From the NCBI GenBank assembly GCA_044892525.1, contig CM097885.1:45386001-45450000 (forward strand): a stretch of 64,000 nt of DNA, read 5' to 3'. The notes beneath the pieces are model-generated. The model had not been told where the DNA came from. It made no database searches and worked only from the letters and a program-made list of their open reading frames with translations. The first letter of the stretch is position 1. The number at the start of each line of letters is the position of its first letter. Position numbers and translations under genes: made by a program. Shown here in pieces: positions 25,592 through 40,534 of the stretch. The DNA is from Schmidtea polychroa (Eukaryota).

Positions 25592-26660
25592 TCACGTAAC
25601 CATGGCAATATCACAGTTAATATAATAATTAAATTCCGCTCTATATTTTAATAAATCTTTATATCGTAGATGGTAAATCCGCAGTTTAGATAGATCTAGT
25701 ACTGTTTGACCGATGTAGCTAGGTCTATCTAAACAAATCGAATCTTTATTTAGATGCTTGGCAATCAGATCATCATCAATTTTGATAAATTTTCTGAATG
25801 TTGGTTTTGAGGCGTATACAATGATCCTTTCAGCTGAGTTGGATAGCCTCAAATTCAACCATTTTTTAAGATTCTCGACGGATTTCCCACACAAACTATT
25901 ATTAAATAATTTGTATAAATCTCTATATAGCTTGCATGTAGTATTTGAGCGTAAATTTGTGTTCATATCTATAAATATCTTAAATATAGGAATCTGTTTA
26001 AATTTTGTTGGTCTGTCGATATTTACAACAACCGCACCTAATTCTATATACAGCTTGATAAGCCTACAATGAAGAAAGAACATAGTTCTGCTTGGGCCAA
26101 TACGTAAGCATCAGCTTCTTAAGTTTAAAATTAGGAGGGAACATTTTTTCCGGAGCCAATGGTGTCAATAAAACAAACAGACAATGTGTCAATATTAACA
26201 ATAAGAGATATGAATTTTTCAGTAGTGGTTGGAATGATATTTAATTTCCAAGATGAAAAATCATTTAAACCATACTTCAAATGTGAAGAAGGTTATATCC
26301 CTTAAAATTGTGAAAAAACTATAGGTAACTGAATTCGTCTAGAAACACTACAATTTCTACAAGCAGCACCAAGATACTTACTTGAGAAATGACAATTATT
26401 CCTAACTCTATCGCGAATGAATTCTTTTACACTAATAACAGGTTTGAAAAGATGAAAATTGCCGTTCCTCATTGAAAGGCAGAGTCTGCATGGGTTTTCT
26501 ACCATGAATTCCATAATACGACAAGACAATTTGGACAGCAGGTTTCTCCACTTTCTTTAAAAAAGAAAAAAACGCAACAGGCCTTCTAAAATAAAGATAT
26601 GGTTGTGTGTGTAATTATTTACTAATTTTACCAGTGACCAAACATTTTATCCTTTTCGTG
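25592..26660 (-). pseudogene. Decayed pPolB fragments (middle and C-terminal) of a second Polinton
   Basis: YLGAACRNC...LPIVF, KLFNNSLCGKSVENLKK and LDRPSYIGQTVLDLSKLR match the intact pPolB. Frameshifts and deletions present. Confidence 0.88.
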
Positions 26661-26699
26661 CTGTTTCCAGCATAACCCAAAATACCTTGTTTTACCGCT

Positions 26700-28150
26700 T
26701 GATACCCGTTGAGTAATCAATGTTGGTACTGTATCAAGTGAGTGAGTGCTCGCAAAAGTGAGCGCACTAATTGCACTATAATTGGGTCCACTCTTTGGGT
26801 CCACGGACTATCGGTAGAAGATATGTGTCCGATTTGTTCAGGTCCCTCGTTGAAATTGTTTCCCAAATTTACTTGTTCGTTCTTGATCAAACGTCAAACA
26901 TACCAGAATATACATTAATTTATTGAATACTTTATTTCAAAAAAACATGCTTAGTCATTGACAGGTATTTTGAGTCTGTCGTTGCTCTTGCCCTTCTAGT
27001 CTGAGTCTTTTCAGCTTTTCTCGTGTATTTCGTGCCAATCGCTTGCTTTTTGGTCTATTTATTTGAGCTGGTGGGTAAATTTCGGCCAGCTCTGTTGGCA
27101 ATGGGCGAACTTGCGCGGTTGTTGACACATCGATGAACCGCTGGTTAAGCCGTTTCCAATGCGCACATCTGAATTTTTAGAGCGTGGATTTCTATTTTAT
27201 CCTGTTCTGCTTGGGACTTGGGTCGTCCGTTTTTTCATTTCGGCCGGACCAAACCACGTATTTTCGAGTTCCCGGCACCACCCTTTGAATTTGATGACTC
27301 TGGCTTGAAGGTCTTTCACTTGTTGTTGGGCTCGCTCCCGATCTTTCTTCAGATTTTCGAATAGCTTGAACAATGAAGTGAAATAAATATACTCATATAT
27401 GTACGTAAAAGAAATAATCATCTATTCGATATAAAAATCTCGTTTGTGACGATTATATTGCGTGATGTAGTCTATTTATTGTTGTAAATCTCTTAATCTT
27501 CATTTCATGGAGAGGTTAGTGAACCAAATATCCATTCAAAATCATAGGGAAATTAAACAAAACATAGGAGAAATTAATAAGTTAACTTAAATGATATAAT
27601 CACGTTGGGTCACCAATAAAGAAAAATGAAACGCAGTCAGAAGTCAAAAATCACTGTTAAGTTCATGCATTATTCTTTCGAGGCCTCCCTCGTCTCTTTG
27701 GGGGCGCTTCTGCAACTTCGGCTTCCTCCACCGGTATTCCTGTCGTTTCTGCTCGAAGTTGGGCTTAGATTCTCTGGAGCTGACTTTGCGTGACTTCAAT
27801 CGCTACTATCGCCCTATCACGGGCCTCCACCAGCAGATTATTGGTGGGCTCTGTTTTCACCCATTCGGCTCAGGGCCACTTCGAATGACCGTACCGTAAT
27901 TGTCCAAATCCCGAGCTCGGTTCCACTCGTGGATTTTGAACCAGATGTATCGGGCCCGGAGTCAGATAATGGCTCTATCGTACTGCTCTTTCTCATTGTC
28001 GCTACTGGGTTGAGACATTTCTATATATTTCTTTTTAAAATTATGGTTCCGCTTATCTTGACATTAACAAATTATACTCAATTCCAACTCGGACGAACCC
28101 ATGTTAAATCAAAGTGAGTCCAATTATCTAGATTCCTTTTCCAACGTAAT
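26700..28150 (-). mobile_element. Probable LTR-retrotransposon remnant with a tRNA-Trp-like primer-binding site (27598-27615)
   Basis: GC-richer island. AATCACGTTGGGTCACCA resembles the tRNA-Trp 3' end (ATCACGTCGGGGTCACCA). No recognisable pol domain; boundaries approximate. Confidence 0.4.
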
Positions 28151-28452
28151 CACAATTTCAATTAATAAAAATTAAAATCAAGGATTTAACCCAAAGAATT
28201 TAAACCATCTATTTGCAATTATTTCAATGTTATTAATTGGGGTTTACCTAAATATTAATTTAAATTGGTAAATTTTAAAATTTCTATTTTCATTTACTAT
28301 TTTTATGCAAAAAAAAATTTAATTACAAAGATATTCTATTCCTAGTAATAATTAATAATCCAAATTCTACATTTTCTACAGTTTGTTTTTTCATAAGTGA
28401 TGATTTACTTTAAAACAAGAATGGTTGTCTTACCAACCTAAATTGTTAATTA

Positions 28453-28668
28453 CCGTATTTTAGCGCATATAACGCGCACGTTATACGCATTTTTACAAAC
28501 CGTGCACCCCCCATGCGCGGTATCTGTGGGTGCGCGCTTTATGATTTATATTTTACACGTGGCGGCATTGCCAGTGGAAATATTTTTATGATGTGACAGT
28601 AACCCTACCATCGGTTTTATTGTTTATTGTAATCAGATACCGTGCGCGTTATATGCGCTAAAATACGG
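28453..28668. mobile_element. Tc1/mariner (pogo/Tc2-like) MITE
   Basis: Perfect 28-bp TIRs CCGTATTTTAGCGCATATAACGCGCACG with a TA TSD on both sides. Confidence 0.9.
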
Positions 28669-29714
28669 TAGCTATTTATTATTCATATAATTTATTATTT
28701 ATATAATTCATTGTCCATAATATCCGTTAAATTATCTATTTTTAATCCTATCTTTTGGAAATATGATGTACTGCTGAATAAATCAGCTCAGCCGGTGTTG
28801 GGTAAGCTGCTGGAACTCCCCATGAGCTCCCACCTTATTCCCACCTATGCTGGGTTGTTAGATTTAGTTTAATCGTCGGCTAAATGAGCCTCTAGGTAAG
28901 TTTAGTGATTCAAATAAAATTTCAACTTGAGATGGATGTAACCATTTATATTTATTTTTAATTCAAGTAAATATGTATATATAACTAAACGTATATTCTA
29001 ACAATACAATGTTCATTTTCGATTAAGTTCCATATATACATAACTATATACACATATATATTTTAATATAGTTTTAGGACTTTGGAATGGAATGAAATTT
29101 TTCTAGTACTAAAGAGTAATATATTTAGATTTTATAAAGTACAAGGCTCTCAAACTCCTAAACCATTCAGATGTGCGACTTCAAAGGTTTAATTCGACGA
29201 CAAGGGATCCAACTATGAAGATGATTTTCTGACGAAAGTATTTAATAACGGTCGCATGTATCAAAGTCAACAAAATACTCATTTCTTACAATTATTTGTG
29301 TTATCTGCATATTCTTAATCCATAAATTTTATGATAATACTTATTTATGTTTTCCTGATGTCTTTCTCTTGCCCATCAATATATAATTTTATAGTTTTCG
29401 TGATGTTTTTCTCTTATCAAACCATATATAATTTTATAAAGGCTATGGGTTAAGATCGGCTACTATCCGTAATGGTGTAGCTGTTGAGTGCTCGATTTCA
29501 GCCAATTCAGAAAACTATGGTAGTTGAGGAATTGCAATTGGTCTTTTACTATTAGGTGTGAGAAAACTTATTATTATTTGACTCACATGGTAAGTTATGG
29601 GCTTTTTTAACTTAAAATCAAGTTTGTAGGTTTACATGAGTAACCTAAATTAGTGATTTAAATATTATTACCATTCGTCGCATAACTTAGGTTGTCATTC
29701 ATAAAAATGTACAA

Positions 29715-29782
<68 letters not shown>

Positions 29783-29847
29783 GGTTCGTGTCTAGGTAAA
29801 ATTGGGGGGGGGGTCATTTATAAAAAAACTTATAATATATTTCTAGG

Positions 29848-30060
29848 AATAATTTAAGTTCAGTATAATTTATAATTCATTTTTTTATGAATAATATAAG
29901 TTCAGTATAATTTGTAATTTATATTTTTATGAATAATATAAGTTCAGTATAATTTGTAATTTATATTTTTATGAATAATATAAGTTCAGTATAATTTGTA
30001 ATTTATATTTTTATGAATAATATAAGTCCAGTATAATTTATAATATAAGTTCAGAATAAT
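29848..30060. repeat. 42-bp tandem repeat (AATAATATAAGTTCAGTATAATTTGTAATTTATATTTTTATG), ~4-5 copies
   Basis: Direct inspection. Confidence 0.85.
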
Positions 30061-31699
30061 TATATATTTAATTTAGGGGTTTTCTCCAATTTATAATTTA
30101 AATTTGTGAATTTACATAATGACCAAAAATGTATTTAATTTAGGGATTTTTCAATTTATTTTCTAAGTCTTACCGATACGTATGTTGAATACTTTTATGA
30201 GTATCATTAATATTAGTTCAATTGTAAATTTCGAAAAATCTGCTCTTTACGCTTGACAATTTATTTAGGACATTTGCGAATTATAGATTTAGATTCGACA
30301 TACTTATAGTTAGAGTTGACTCTTGATGATAGTTAAATACTTTATAGGTTATGGATAACCGTCTACATCAATCGTGAATTGCAGAATTGTGATTAATTTA
30401 CGTCTAGAGATCTCCTCCTTTTATTGGCCTTAGTGTACTGTAATGAGCTGATTTTGAATGTGGATTTGATTGTGTTAGTTATTAATGTAATAAAAGTCTG
30501 GAAATCTGCTTGTTTTCGTGGCCACACTGTGTCCACTGCGGCAAGCCCTACTGTTTTGTGAGTCGACAATGTACTATCGACGTATAGTATTACAATAAAA
30601 CTTGGCCAAACGGAGGGAGTTTATCGACTCAACTCCATGGCAGAACCATGAAGTGGTGCGACCTCCGATGACAAAACAAAATAAATTTATAATAACAATA
30701 GGTGCATGTCATTGTGAGCTGCGTATTCATCAATGTAGTTGGATTTTAGAATATGGTTGGATGCACGACTGATCAGAGACGTAGATTTTTCGTACGACTC
30801 TAATCACTCTTACATTCAAATAAACCAAAAAAGATGAAAATCAAAATTTAGCATTAGTAGATTATTATAACATATAAAATTTAGAATATACAATCAAATG
30901 ACAGAGTAAGTGTAAATATAAATTTGGCATAAAGAGTGTTTTGTGACAAAAATGTGGCGGTATATATACCTATTTTGTGTGTGCAAATACGTGTGTGTGC
31001 GTTGATGCAGTACAACAAACTCGAATGCTTTTTAATTCTAGAATATTCTATTCTTGATTTTTGATGATTTTAATAGCAATTTTAGTGCCATAATTTTTGT
31101 TTTTATTTTTAAATTTCTATTTTTTAATTATTTTTTGTTAAATTTGCCTCCATGATGGATTTGGGCATTTCCAGAACATTTCATATTAAATTAAAGTTAA
31201 TTTTTATTTAAGCATCGTTTCTTCTGAATTCTTTTCTTGAATTTTTATTTTTAAAACTAATTTATTTATTTTTATTAACTTTTATTGATTTGAATGGCTT
31301 CCATGATGGATTTCGCCATTTTTATGAATGGTTCTGGATTTTTGTCTAGAATTTAGCTTTTCTACAATTTTTTGACTTTATTCGAGTTTGTTTTTGTATT
31401 TATATGTTTCTCTGTTATGTTTGAGTCAATTTTCCTGTGATACTTCTTGCATTTGTTAGATTTGATTTTTAATTTAAATGTTTTTATTTTCTGTTATTTT
31501 CTCTCAATTATTATTGTTTATTTGATGTCTAATATTTTCTATTTAACTAAACTTACGGGTAGGTGTGTATGTTATGTACCACCAAATATTGTCACATTTA
31601 CAAGATTTTGGGTCTAGATATCAGTTCTAGCTCAACAATATGACGAAACACGATCCCTAAAGTTTAAAACTATATCAGGTTTTAATAAATATAAATTGG

Positions 31700-32297
31700 T
31701 CTTTTGTTTAATAAGAATGTTGGTGTTGGAATGAAACTATGGCCAGCTAATCTATTAATAGGGCAGAACTTTGTTAAAACGAAATCAATTTCCTTAATAC
31801 TAACTTCTCTCCATCCGCTACATTAATAGGTAAATTTCTCAATCTTTTCATTTAAACTACTGACCCCATCTATAAGGAAATTATCAGAATAAATAGTAGC
31901 ATTATTTGAAAATAAATTATCCTTAATTTCCCCATCTTTTTCAAATGGTATGAAAACAGAAAACTGAACTCTTACAGATCCCATTTTTCCAATTTCATTA
32001 TTTAATTTATTTTTAATTTTATTTATAGGACGATTTGAATTAAATTTTTGTATTCGAGGTCAAATCGAATATTTTTACGCAATCCTTTAAAATCAACTTC
32101 AATTTCTGGTTCGTCATTTATATTGATAGAACACCCTATCTGATAAATATACGTAAGATCCTCATCATCACTAATAACTATCGGTTCAATTTTAAAAATT
32201 TTATTAGGGATACACGACATGATATTTGCATCAGGTCTTTTCAATTTTAAATATTTGTGTTTTTTTGTGTTTTTTGTGTTATTATTTATGTTATTTG

Positions 32298-32388
<91 letters not shown>

Positions 32389-32470
32389 TAAAACAATAAA
32401 ATGATAATTTAAGCCTTTTGCTGCAAATAATGTAATGAAAAAATTTTCGATTATAAGAGTCCTTGTCAAT
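31700..32470 (-). pseudogene. Decayed pPolB N-terminal fragment
   Basis: Poly-Asn, IVISDDE, QIG, then VRVQFSV...SNNA.IYSD...LNEKIEK...SGW...IDFVLTKF..INRLAGHSFIPTP. Matches the N-terminal region of the intact pPolB; contains stops. Confidence 0.8.
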
Positions 32471-32471
32471 C

Positions 32472-32569
<98 letters not shown>

Positions 32570-32577
32570 GTAATTAC

Positions 32578-32656
<79 letters not shown>

Positions 32657-32664
32657 GTAATTAC

Positions 32665-32710
<46 letters not shown>

Positions 32711-32723
32711 GTAATTACTATTA

Positions 32724-32774
<51 letters not shown>

Positions 32775-32782
32775 GTAATTAC

Positions 32783-32865
<83 letters not shown>

Positions 32866-33314
32866 TTTTATTTGTTTTAATTGATTTTATCATTATCTTT
32901 TATTACTAAATTTTAATTAAAATTAGAAATCTAATCGATAAGTGGAAAAAGAATATTAATTTCTGTAAATAAATCTGGTATGTTTGTCTTTAAAATTTTT
33001 ATTCGATTTTCTTTTAATCAATCCTTAGTTTAACTTAACAAAATAATCAATGCAAAATTAATTAAAACAAAGTATCGAAAATTGGTAAATGTTGTATATG
33101 ATGAAATGGATTTCCAACTAAAAGTAAAATTATATTTTCTACTAGCGATATTTGGGTTAATGTAACTTCATTGTCGGCAAGATTTTTACAGCCTACATCA
33201 AGTGTAGAATCCTCATACCAAATAGTTGATTACATTTGGGAATTTTATTACTGCTTCTATAGTTTATCTTTTTTTTGTATTTGATACAGTTTATGATGAT
33301 GATAATAATATCAA

Positions 33315-33402
<88 letters not shown>

Positions 33403-36400
33403 TAATAATTTCAAGATATATTTCATCTGTTTTCCTGTTATTATCAGGTAGAATAGAAAAAATTTCGAATATTATAGATTTAATAAACAAATTACACAAA
33501 TTTTACTAATTGAAAACGAAATAAAAATTGCTTAATTTATTAAATTTATAATATCTTTAAATGTTTAATGAATATCTTAAATTTAAGACATAATGTAAGG
33601 GGTTGACTGAAAGTTGAATAAAGCTGTGTTGAGAGAGTATAAGCTTTTTATTGACGAAACGTGAGAAATTTATTGATAATATTATTATTTTTATTATTAT
33701 TATACAACTTAAACCATATAAAGACAAAATAAGACAAGTTTAAGAAGTGAGCAGAGCGCATGTTTATTAATTTAATATTCATTTGCCACTCCTACCTAGG
33801 GTCAATCATTGTTTAATTATGGTTTTCTTTGTAGAACAACAATAGCTATATCATCGAAACACGATTTCATTTAAACTATGTAATGCTAATTGAATATTTA
33901 AGCCTTTGCGTTATGGTCATACTTCGTGAAAAAAATCATTTCCAATAGTAATCACGAAGTAGTTAACTAGTCACATGTACACATAACATACCCCCACTGG
34001 ACTTATTGCTAAGCCATATGGTTTATGATTATATTATATGTTTTAATTATAATTGAAATAAATCTTCCACTAGGTTGGATTACAGACATCCACCATGATA
34101 GCTCGGATACAAAACCCTAATTATTTTAATTAACTTTTTAAGATAGTTCCCTCTCCATCATCATAATATTAAAATATAATAAATAATTCATCATTAGATA
34201 CGGTACAACTATTGGATATCTTCAGCACCATCGCATGATTTATTTAAAATTATGCAATAATTGTTATAAAAATAATTACATTTAAAAATATGTTAAAATA
34301 ATTGTCATTAAATAATTAGATACATTTAAAATTTTCTTCAATTGGAATATCCTTCGACTACTTGAATTTTTCTAAAATGCAAATTAAAATTTATTTACAT
34401 AAAATATAATACATAAATTATTTATAAAATTAGTAAAAAATTAAAATAATTTTATTTATATTTAAAGGATATCATTAAAAGATATTCATTTTCCTTAAAT
34501 TTTCTTCTAAATTATCATTAGCCTAAATAAAAACCTTAGATTTAGTAAATAAATGAAACCACCATATTTAGTTTCAAACAAACTTAAAATAAAAAAATGT
34601 TATATGAAATAATTAAACAAAAATACTTATTTTATAATTTTAAATTAATTTATTAACTTAAATTTTTTAATTTAGAAATTAATATTACTTTAACTTTAAA
34701 TTTATTAAAAATAATACTTGTTGTTTACTTTATCAATTTAAGATAAAGAATTTAATTTAACTTTAGATAATTTTACTCTAGAATAATAATTTAAGTTTAG
34801 AATAAAGCTTTTTACAAATAATGCAAATTAGGAAAAATATATGTTATAAAGAAAATCATCGAGTTTAAAGTATTTCAACAATGCTGGTGGGTCCTTGATG
34901 CAGACCGTATATAGAATCCTACTATACTACTTTTGAATGCATTTTAATCCTAAAAGGCCCGGCCTGATCGCGTTTAATTGTACAAAGATAGAATTTAATT
35001 CCTTACAAAATGAGGACTAAATTTACATTTTTCACCTAAAGTAGATTTATTCGCATAATATGACATTTTAATTCTCTACTTTGTATAAAATAAATATTTT
35101 CCTATGTCATGTTTTAGTTACCGAAATAACCAATATTATATTGCAATATATTGTAATATTATTTGAATTTGTTTCAATTCACTGAGATGATTTTTAATTT
35201 GTTGGCATTTTTTTAAATATGTAATAACTTTTATTTAAGAAATGGATAACAGAACTGTAAAAATTGTTTTGTCGAAAAAATGTGAGGAATAGTATAAAAA
35301 TCATAAATTTAGATAGATATAAACTTCTAATTAATTATTTTATTTATTGGAAGAAAAGATAGTTTTATATACAAAAGAGAAAATGAAAAAAAAGAATTTT
35401 TGGTGATGAATGATAGTTGAGAAACAAAATCAAGGAAATCTGAATTGCAATTAATAAGTTTTATTTACAGATGGCAATCTAGAGACTTGTAAGAAAATAT
35501 TTTCAAACGAGTGATTGTTAACAATTCTTTAAGATTCTAAAATCATTAATTAATAATTTCAGTATAAATGAAGAGGGTAACACGAAGAAACAAGAGTAAT
35601 AAAGGACCAAAGACTATTTATTCCTAAACAAGTCAAACAAATGAAAATATTAAAAAGTTCTATGGGTTTTTAATAAATGATGATTTCCGTTGTAAACTGT
35701 ATAGAATCTCTATATGTAGTAGCGAAGCAAGTCAAACCAGTTAAAGTGTTTTAGTTGTAATCATTGAAGTGTAAATTTTATTCGTGAATATAAAAAAATC
35801 GATATCTCTACTGATTCATAGTCAATTTTTTAATAAACACAATGTCAATTGTGTTATAATTTATAATGAATTTTCATTTTTAAATACTTTCAATAATTAA
35901 AATTTTTAATTTAATTTAATCTTTATTTTAAGAATAAATAAATTAGTTTTCCCATTATTTTTCATAAAATAAAACTTTTGCCATATAATATGCAATATTT
36001 TGCAAACAAAGCTGTTTTATGGTTAAATAAAAGAAATTTCTGAAAAAAGAGTACGGTTTGGAGTATTGGGTTTGTCTGGTTAATGGATAAAATTTTAATT
36101 GAAATTATCATAAATAACGAAAATAAATTGAGGTTTCATGAATATGAAATTAGATCACCAGACAGGAAGCCGGAGAAAATGAATTTCGTTTTCTTGATAA
36201 AATATTTATTGAATTAATATCAATTTGAGAAATTAGGACAAAAAAACTACTTTTTCATTTTTAAGATTCATTAATCAACCTTTTTTGTTTGTTTTATTAA
36301 TGTAAATTTTCATTGAATAAAAATAACAAGAAAAATGAGATTTTGAAAGCTTCTCATGAACATCACAATTATCATAGAATTAAAACAAAACGCATTTAAA

Positions 36401-36735
36401 TTGCTTTTGAAATAAGCTTTATTATAGCCCCTAAACAATTTACAAAATTAATTTGTTTTTTTTTCATTAGGAAATTAAATAAAAAATAAATGTAGCAATA
36501 CAACTGATTAAACGAAGCATAAATATTTATTTCTATTTGCAAAATTCAGAGATTTTAATTCATTAAAAGAAATTAGTTTATTTCCTACGGTTATTGTGAT
36601 ATATGAAATTAAAAATAAGGACAAGGTCAATTAAATATTTCTACTCAATTTTATAAAATTAGAAAAATTATCAAAAATAAAATTTTAAGTTTTAATTAAA
36701 ATAATGTAAAATCAAAATTAAACGTATTATTTATT

Positions 36736-36978
36736 TTGTCTTCTTTAATAAATGAAAGTGCTCGAGAACATTGTAGACCGAAGTCTTTGACCCATATTGG
36801 TGAGCACAATAAGGGCTGTAAGATTAAAATAGGTATGTCTGATTTTAAAATTTTATTAAAAAACTTCGATAATTATTGGGAACGTGTGATTTGTGAGGCG
36901 TTGTTGATAAAATCATTGAATCCGAAAATTAATGTGCAGAATGCTGTAAATAGTTGTGTGTTGAGTGTTTTTAAATAA
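36736..36978 (+). pseudogene. Penelope-like element, 5'-truncated GIY-YIG endonuclease C-terminus
   Basis: AREHC...HIGEH...C...FKIL...ERVICEALLIKSLNPKINVQ is the typical PLE endonuclease end. Confidence 0.8.
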
Positions 36979-37167
36979 GCTTTTGTGTATTGTATGTATT
37001 GATTGTTGTGTTAAATTAAATAATTGATAAAAAAATTTAAAATTTTTAAATTATTAAATTAAATTTTAAATGTTAAAGTTTTTAAAAAATAATATTTTTA
37101 TAAAATAAAAAATTTTTATATATAATTAAATTTGTTTAAAATCCTTTATTAAATGAGTATTATATCC

Positions 37168-37206
37168 CACCTGATGATGACAGGAAAACTGTTGAAATTA
37201 ATCGTG
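37168..37206 (+). ncRNA. Minimal type-I hammerhead ribozyme (Penelope pLTR)
   Basis: CAC-CTGATGA-T-GACAG-GAAAA-CTGTT-GAAA-TTAA-TC-GTG: core boxes, stem II, palindromic stem III and 3-bp stem I. Lies ~190 bp downstream of the PLE endonuclease. Confidence 0.7.
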
Positions 37207-39799
37207 AAAAAAATGTTTGATTGGCGTTATCTTATAATTATAAAAAATGATTTGAAAAAAGATTTGCCAAAACTTTGAGTATAAGGTTATTATAAAATAA
37301 TTTGTCATATTTAATTATTTATTAATTTAATATTTATAGCAGAGTATAGCAGAGTATATGACATATATTATTATTGTAAAATTCCTAAATTTATGATGAA
37401 AAATAAAAACATGATTCAAACCAAATTAAAAATTTTAATAAATTTAATGGATTCTTCTGGTTACATTTTTACATTTACACCTAATTCTGAAATATAAGAG
37501 TTTCTATAATACACGTTGGTGTGTATAACAGTTGAGGTGACTTACAATTTATGAGAAAATGAAGTATTTAACCTCATTTATTCAATTTTATAAATGGTTT
37601 TCAAGTAAGGTTTTTAATTTTAAGTAATTTTTAAGGCTTGAATTTTGATTTTATATAATAATGAGATCATTATTCAAGCTGTTAAATATTACTTTCAATC
37701 AATATTTGTATTATAAATTATTTTTAATAATTTTCAGGTTTTTATAGGATTTTTATGAAATTATTTGGAATTTTTTTGATATAATGTAAGTCAGATATAT
37801 TTTTATCTATCAATAAATAAAGTTATTGCCAACACACAATTCTCATTTCTTACAAAGATGCAAAAAAATTGGATTCAACGAAATCCAAGAAATTATTTCC
37901 GGTCTTCTGAAATAATTTTTTTTCACTACCTCTTCTCTTTGCAAATTTCACCATTTTTTATAACTGTAACTTATTGTTCCAATCGAGTTTTGGTGATTCC
38001 AAAATAATCCCTCCATGTAATCTTCCAAATTCATCGTAATTTTCAACATTTTCAATAGCATTAATTAGTCGAATTTTATAATGTTCTGTAATTCTGTTAA
38101 AATTTTATTTTTTTAAATAAGTTATTAAAATATACGATTTTAGATTTTTTTCTGAAAATCCTTGTTCAATATTTGAAAATTTTCCTACACACAAAGGCAT
38201 CGTTTTCAGAAAAGTATTTGATATACTGTAAAATATTTTAATTATTCGCAATTTAATGAATAAATCTTACATTGTCAGATTGATCTTCATTGATCTTCAC
38301 CTTCGCAAAAACACAGGTTTTTACAGAGAAATTTGAAAATTTAAAGAAATATTAAATTTAAAATTATTATATAATTAAATCTTACGATGTTTTATCGTCT
38401 ATTTCTCTACAACTCAAAGTAGAGTTCTAGATCAAAATTATTTCAGCCATGACTTTTTAATATATTAAAAATAATAATATGTTAACAATATGTTAATTAC
38501 TTTTAAGTTTCGGGAAAAAAACGCTATAAAAGATTTGCTTGTATTTTTTATTATCTGTGCTGTGTTTGTATGTAAAATTATTTTTCTACCACTTTCTCAA
38601 TTCTTATATGAACACTTTTAAGTTTCAGAACATTAAATATTTACACACAGATAAGTTTGTTTTTTTTAGATTATAAACTTATATTTCGGGATTAGGTGTA
38701 TTTTACCAGTGAAACGGTATTTTTGAAATTCTGAGTAAAAATAAAGAAGGGATTTTCAACTGATAAATTATGATCTAAGAGTGCATACACTATGTTACAT
38801 AAATATATTATTGAACAAATGAAACTACTTTATATGAACAAAATTAATATAGGATCTCAAATATGTTAGTTCAAGAAAATATTAAAATTTAAAATTTACA
38901 TTTCATCATAACCTGGTGATGGTACAATTGTAAAAGATGTTAAAATAAATTTATTGAATTTATATATTTCTTTAATTATTGTTATTTTTTAATAAATTTT
39001 CTATTAAAAAACATTTTTCTATTTGTTATAAATATTAAGATAAATTCTATTTTAATTTGCTTAAAATTTTATTAAATATTATTCAAAATGTTCTTGTTTT
39101 AAAAGAAAACAAAATAAAATGCAAATAATAATTTTCACCTCCAAATTTGAATCTGATCCCTTCAGAAACAGTTTTAATTTAACTATTTAATGACAAATTC
39201 AAAATTTATTTCATGATTTGGACACTTGACAAACACTTATTACGAAAAAAATTTCATCAAACTTGACTCAATTGATCTTTGGCATATATAAATTTATATT
39301 TCCACATTTCTAATTTTTAAATCAAATCAAAATGAATATAATAAATTGTAATAAATATTTATTGTAAATTAAATATTTTGAATGCAAAAAGACTATATAT
39401 TTTCTTAGTTCTATAGAGGCCACCTGAAGGGCGAGGATGTTGTTTTCGAATTGATGAAATTGTCATTATGTTGAATGTTAGGAAAACATAAATTTAAGAT
39501 GAATGACACAAATTAGAAAATTAGTAAAAAATTACGGAGTAATGGCACTCAAATGAAAATACTTATGTAACTTTGTACATTTTATCGTATAATCTTGACA
39601 TTTTAAATTTATTTTTTTCTCTTCAATTACAAAGACCTTCACAATTAGAGTTTCTTAAGATAGACTTTAAAATATTGAGAATATGTTTTAAATAAATCTT
39701 AAAATAAAAATAATTATTCAACTCGGTTTCAAAATTTATTATTATGGACAAGTGTTTAAAATCAAGATACATAAGATCAATTTTATTGTCATCAACATG

Positions 39800-40186
39800 T
39801 CCAGCTACAAAGCCACTGGGATCAGTTTTGAATAATAACGGTTTGTCCATTTCAATATCATAAGATAATGCTATCATTGAACAACCTAATGGTCGCATCT
39901 CAGCCGATTGGGTTTAAAGCTGATTAATATCCGCAATACAACGACATATTATGTCACAAGGCATTTCATATCCATTTTTATATTTAAATCGAGCTGCTTC
40001 CATTTGTGCACGACATACTTGAGATTGACAATCAGGGATCATACCAGTCATAACACCTCCAGTACTTTCAGTAATATTAAACAATCTTGTAGCTGAACTC
40101 TTTTCAATCATTTTATCTGGAACTTTTCTTTGTGTAGCTACTACACCACAATTATTGCCTCGAATACCAACAAAAAGCAATCCACC
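39800..40186 (-). pseudogene. PSMA6: Proteasome subunit alpha type-6 fragment, intronless, with an in-frame stop
   Basis: VGIRG..CGVVATQRKVPDK...LFNIT..TG.VMTG...YKNGYEMP.D....IADINQL*TQSAEMRPLGC.M...DP.G. TAA at 39916-39914; both ends truncated. Confidence 0.9.
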
Positions 40187-40534
40187 AAATAAATTTGATA
40201 TTAAGTTGGCCAAAGACATCATTAACGTTATCAGGATCTCTTGGGGTCATAAAAAAGGAACCATCAGTTTCGTTTGTAGTATTTCCCATTTCCATTGAGT
40301 TATCAGATTCAAAAGAACATTTATCCTCGATTATATTGCTTGATTCATAAATTTCTTCATTAAAAGCAGCCATATTTTATCGGAAAAAATAATTATTCCA
40401 AAACACTTAAATCGTTTATTAAAAGACAAAATAACAATAATTCGACTCCATTAACAACTCAAAAAACCACTCATAATTATCTTCAATCCATAAAAACTGA
40501 CCTCGTATATTTCGTATATTTACAATTATAATCA

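Noticed and set aside
37850..38460. Minus-strand exon/intron-like pattern with ~45-nt introns (similar pattern at 63430-63900)
   Set aside because: Candidate exons contain stops and show no recognisable homology. Possibly host pseudogenes, but not supportable.
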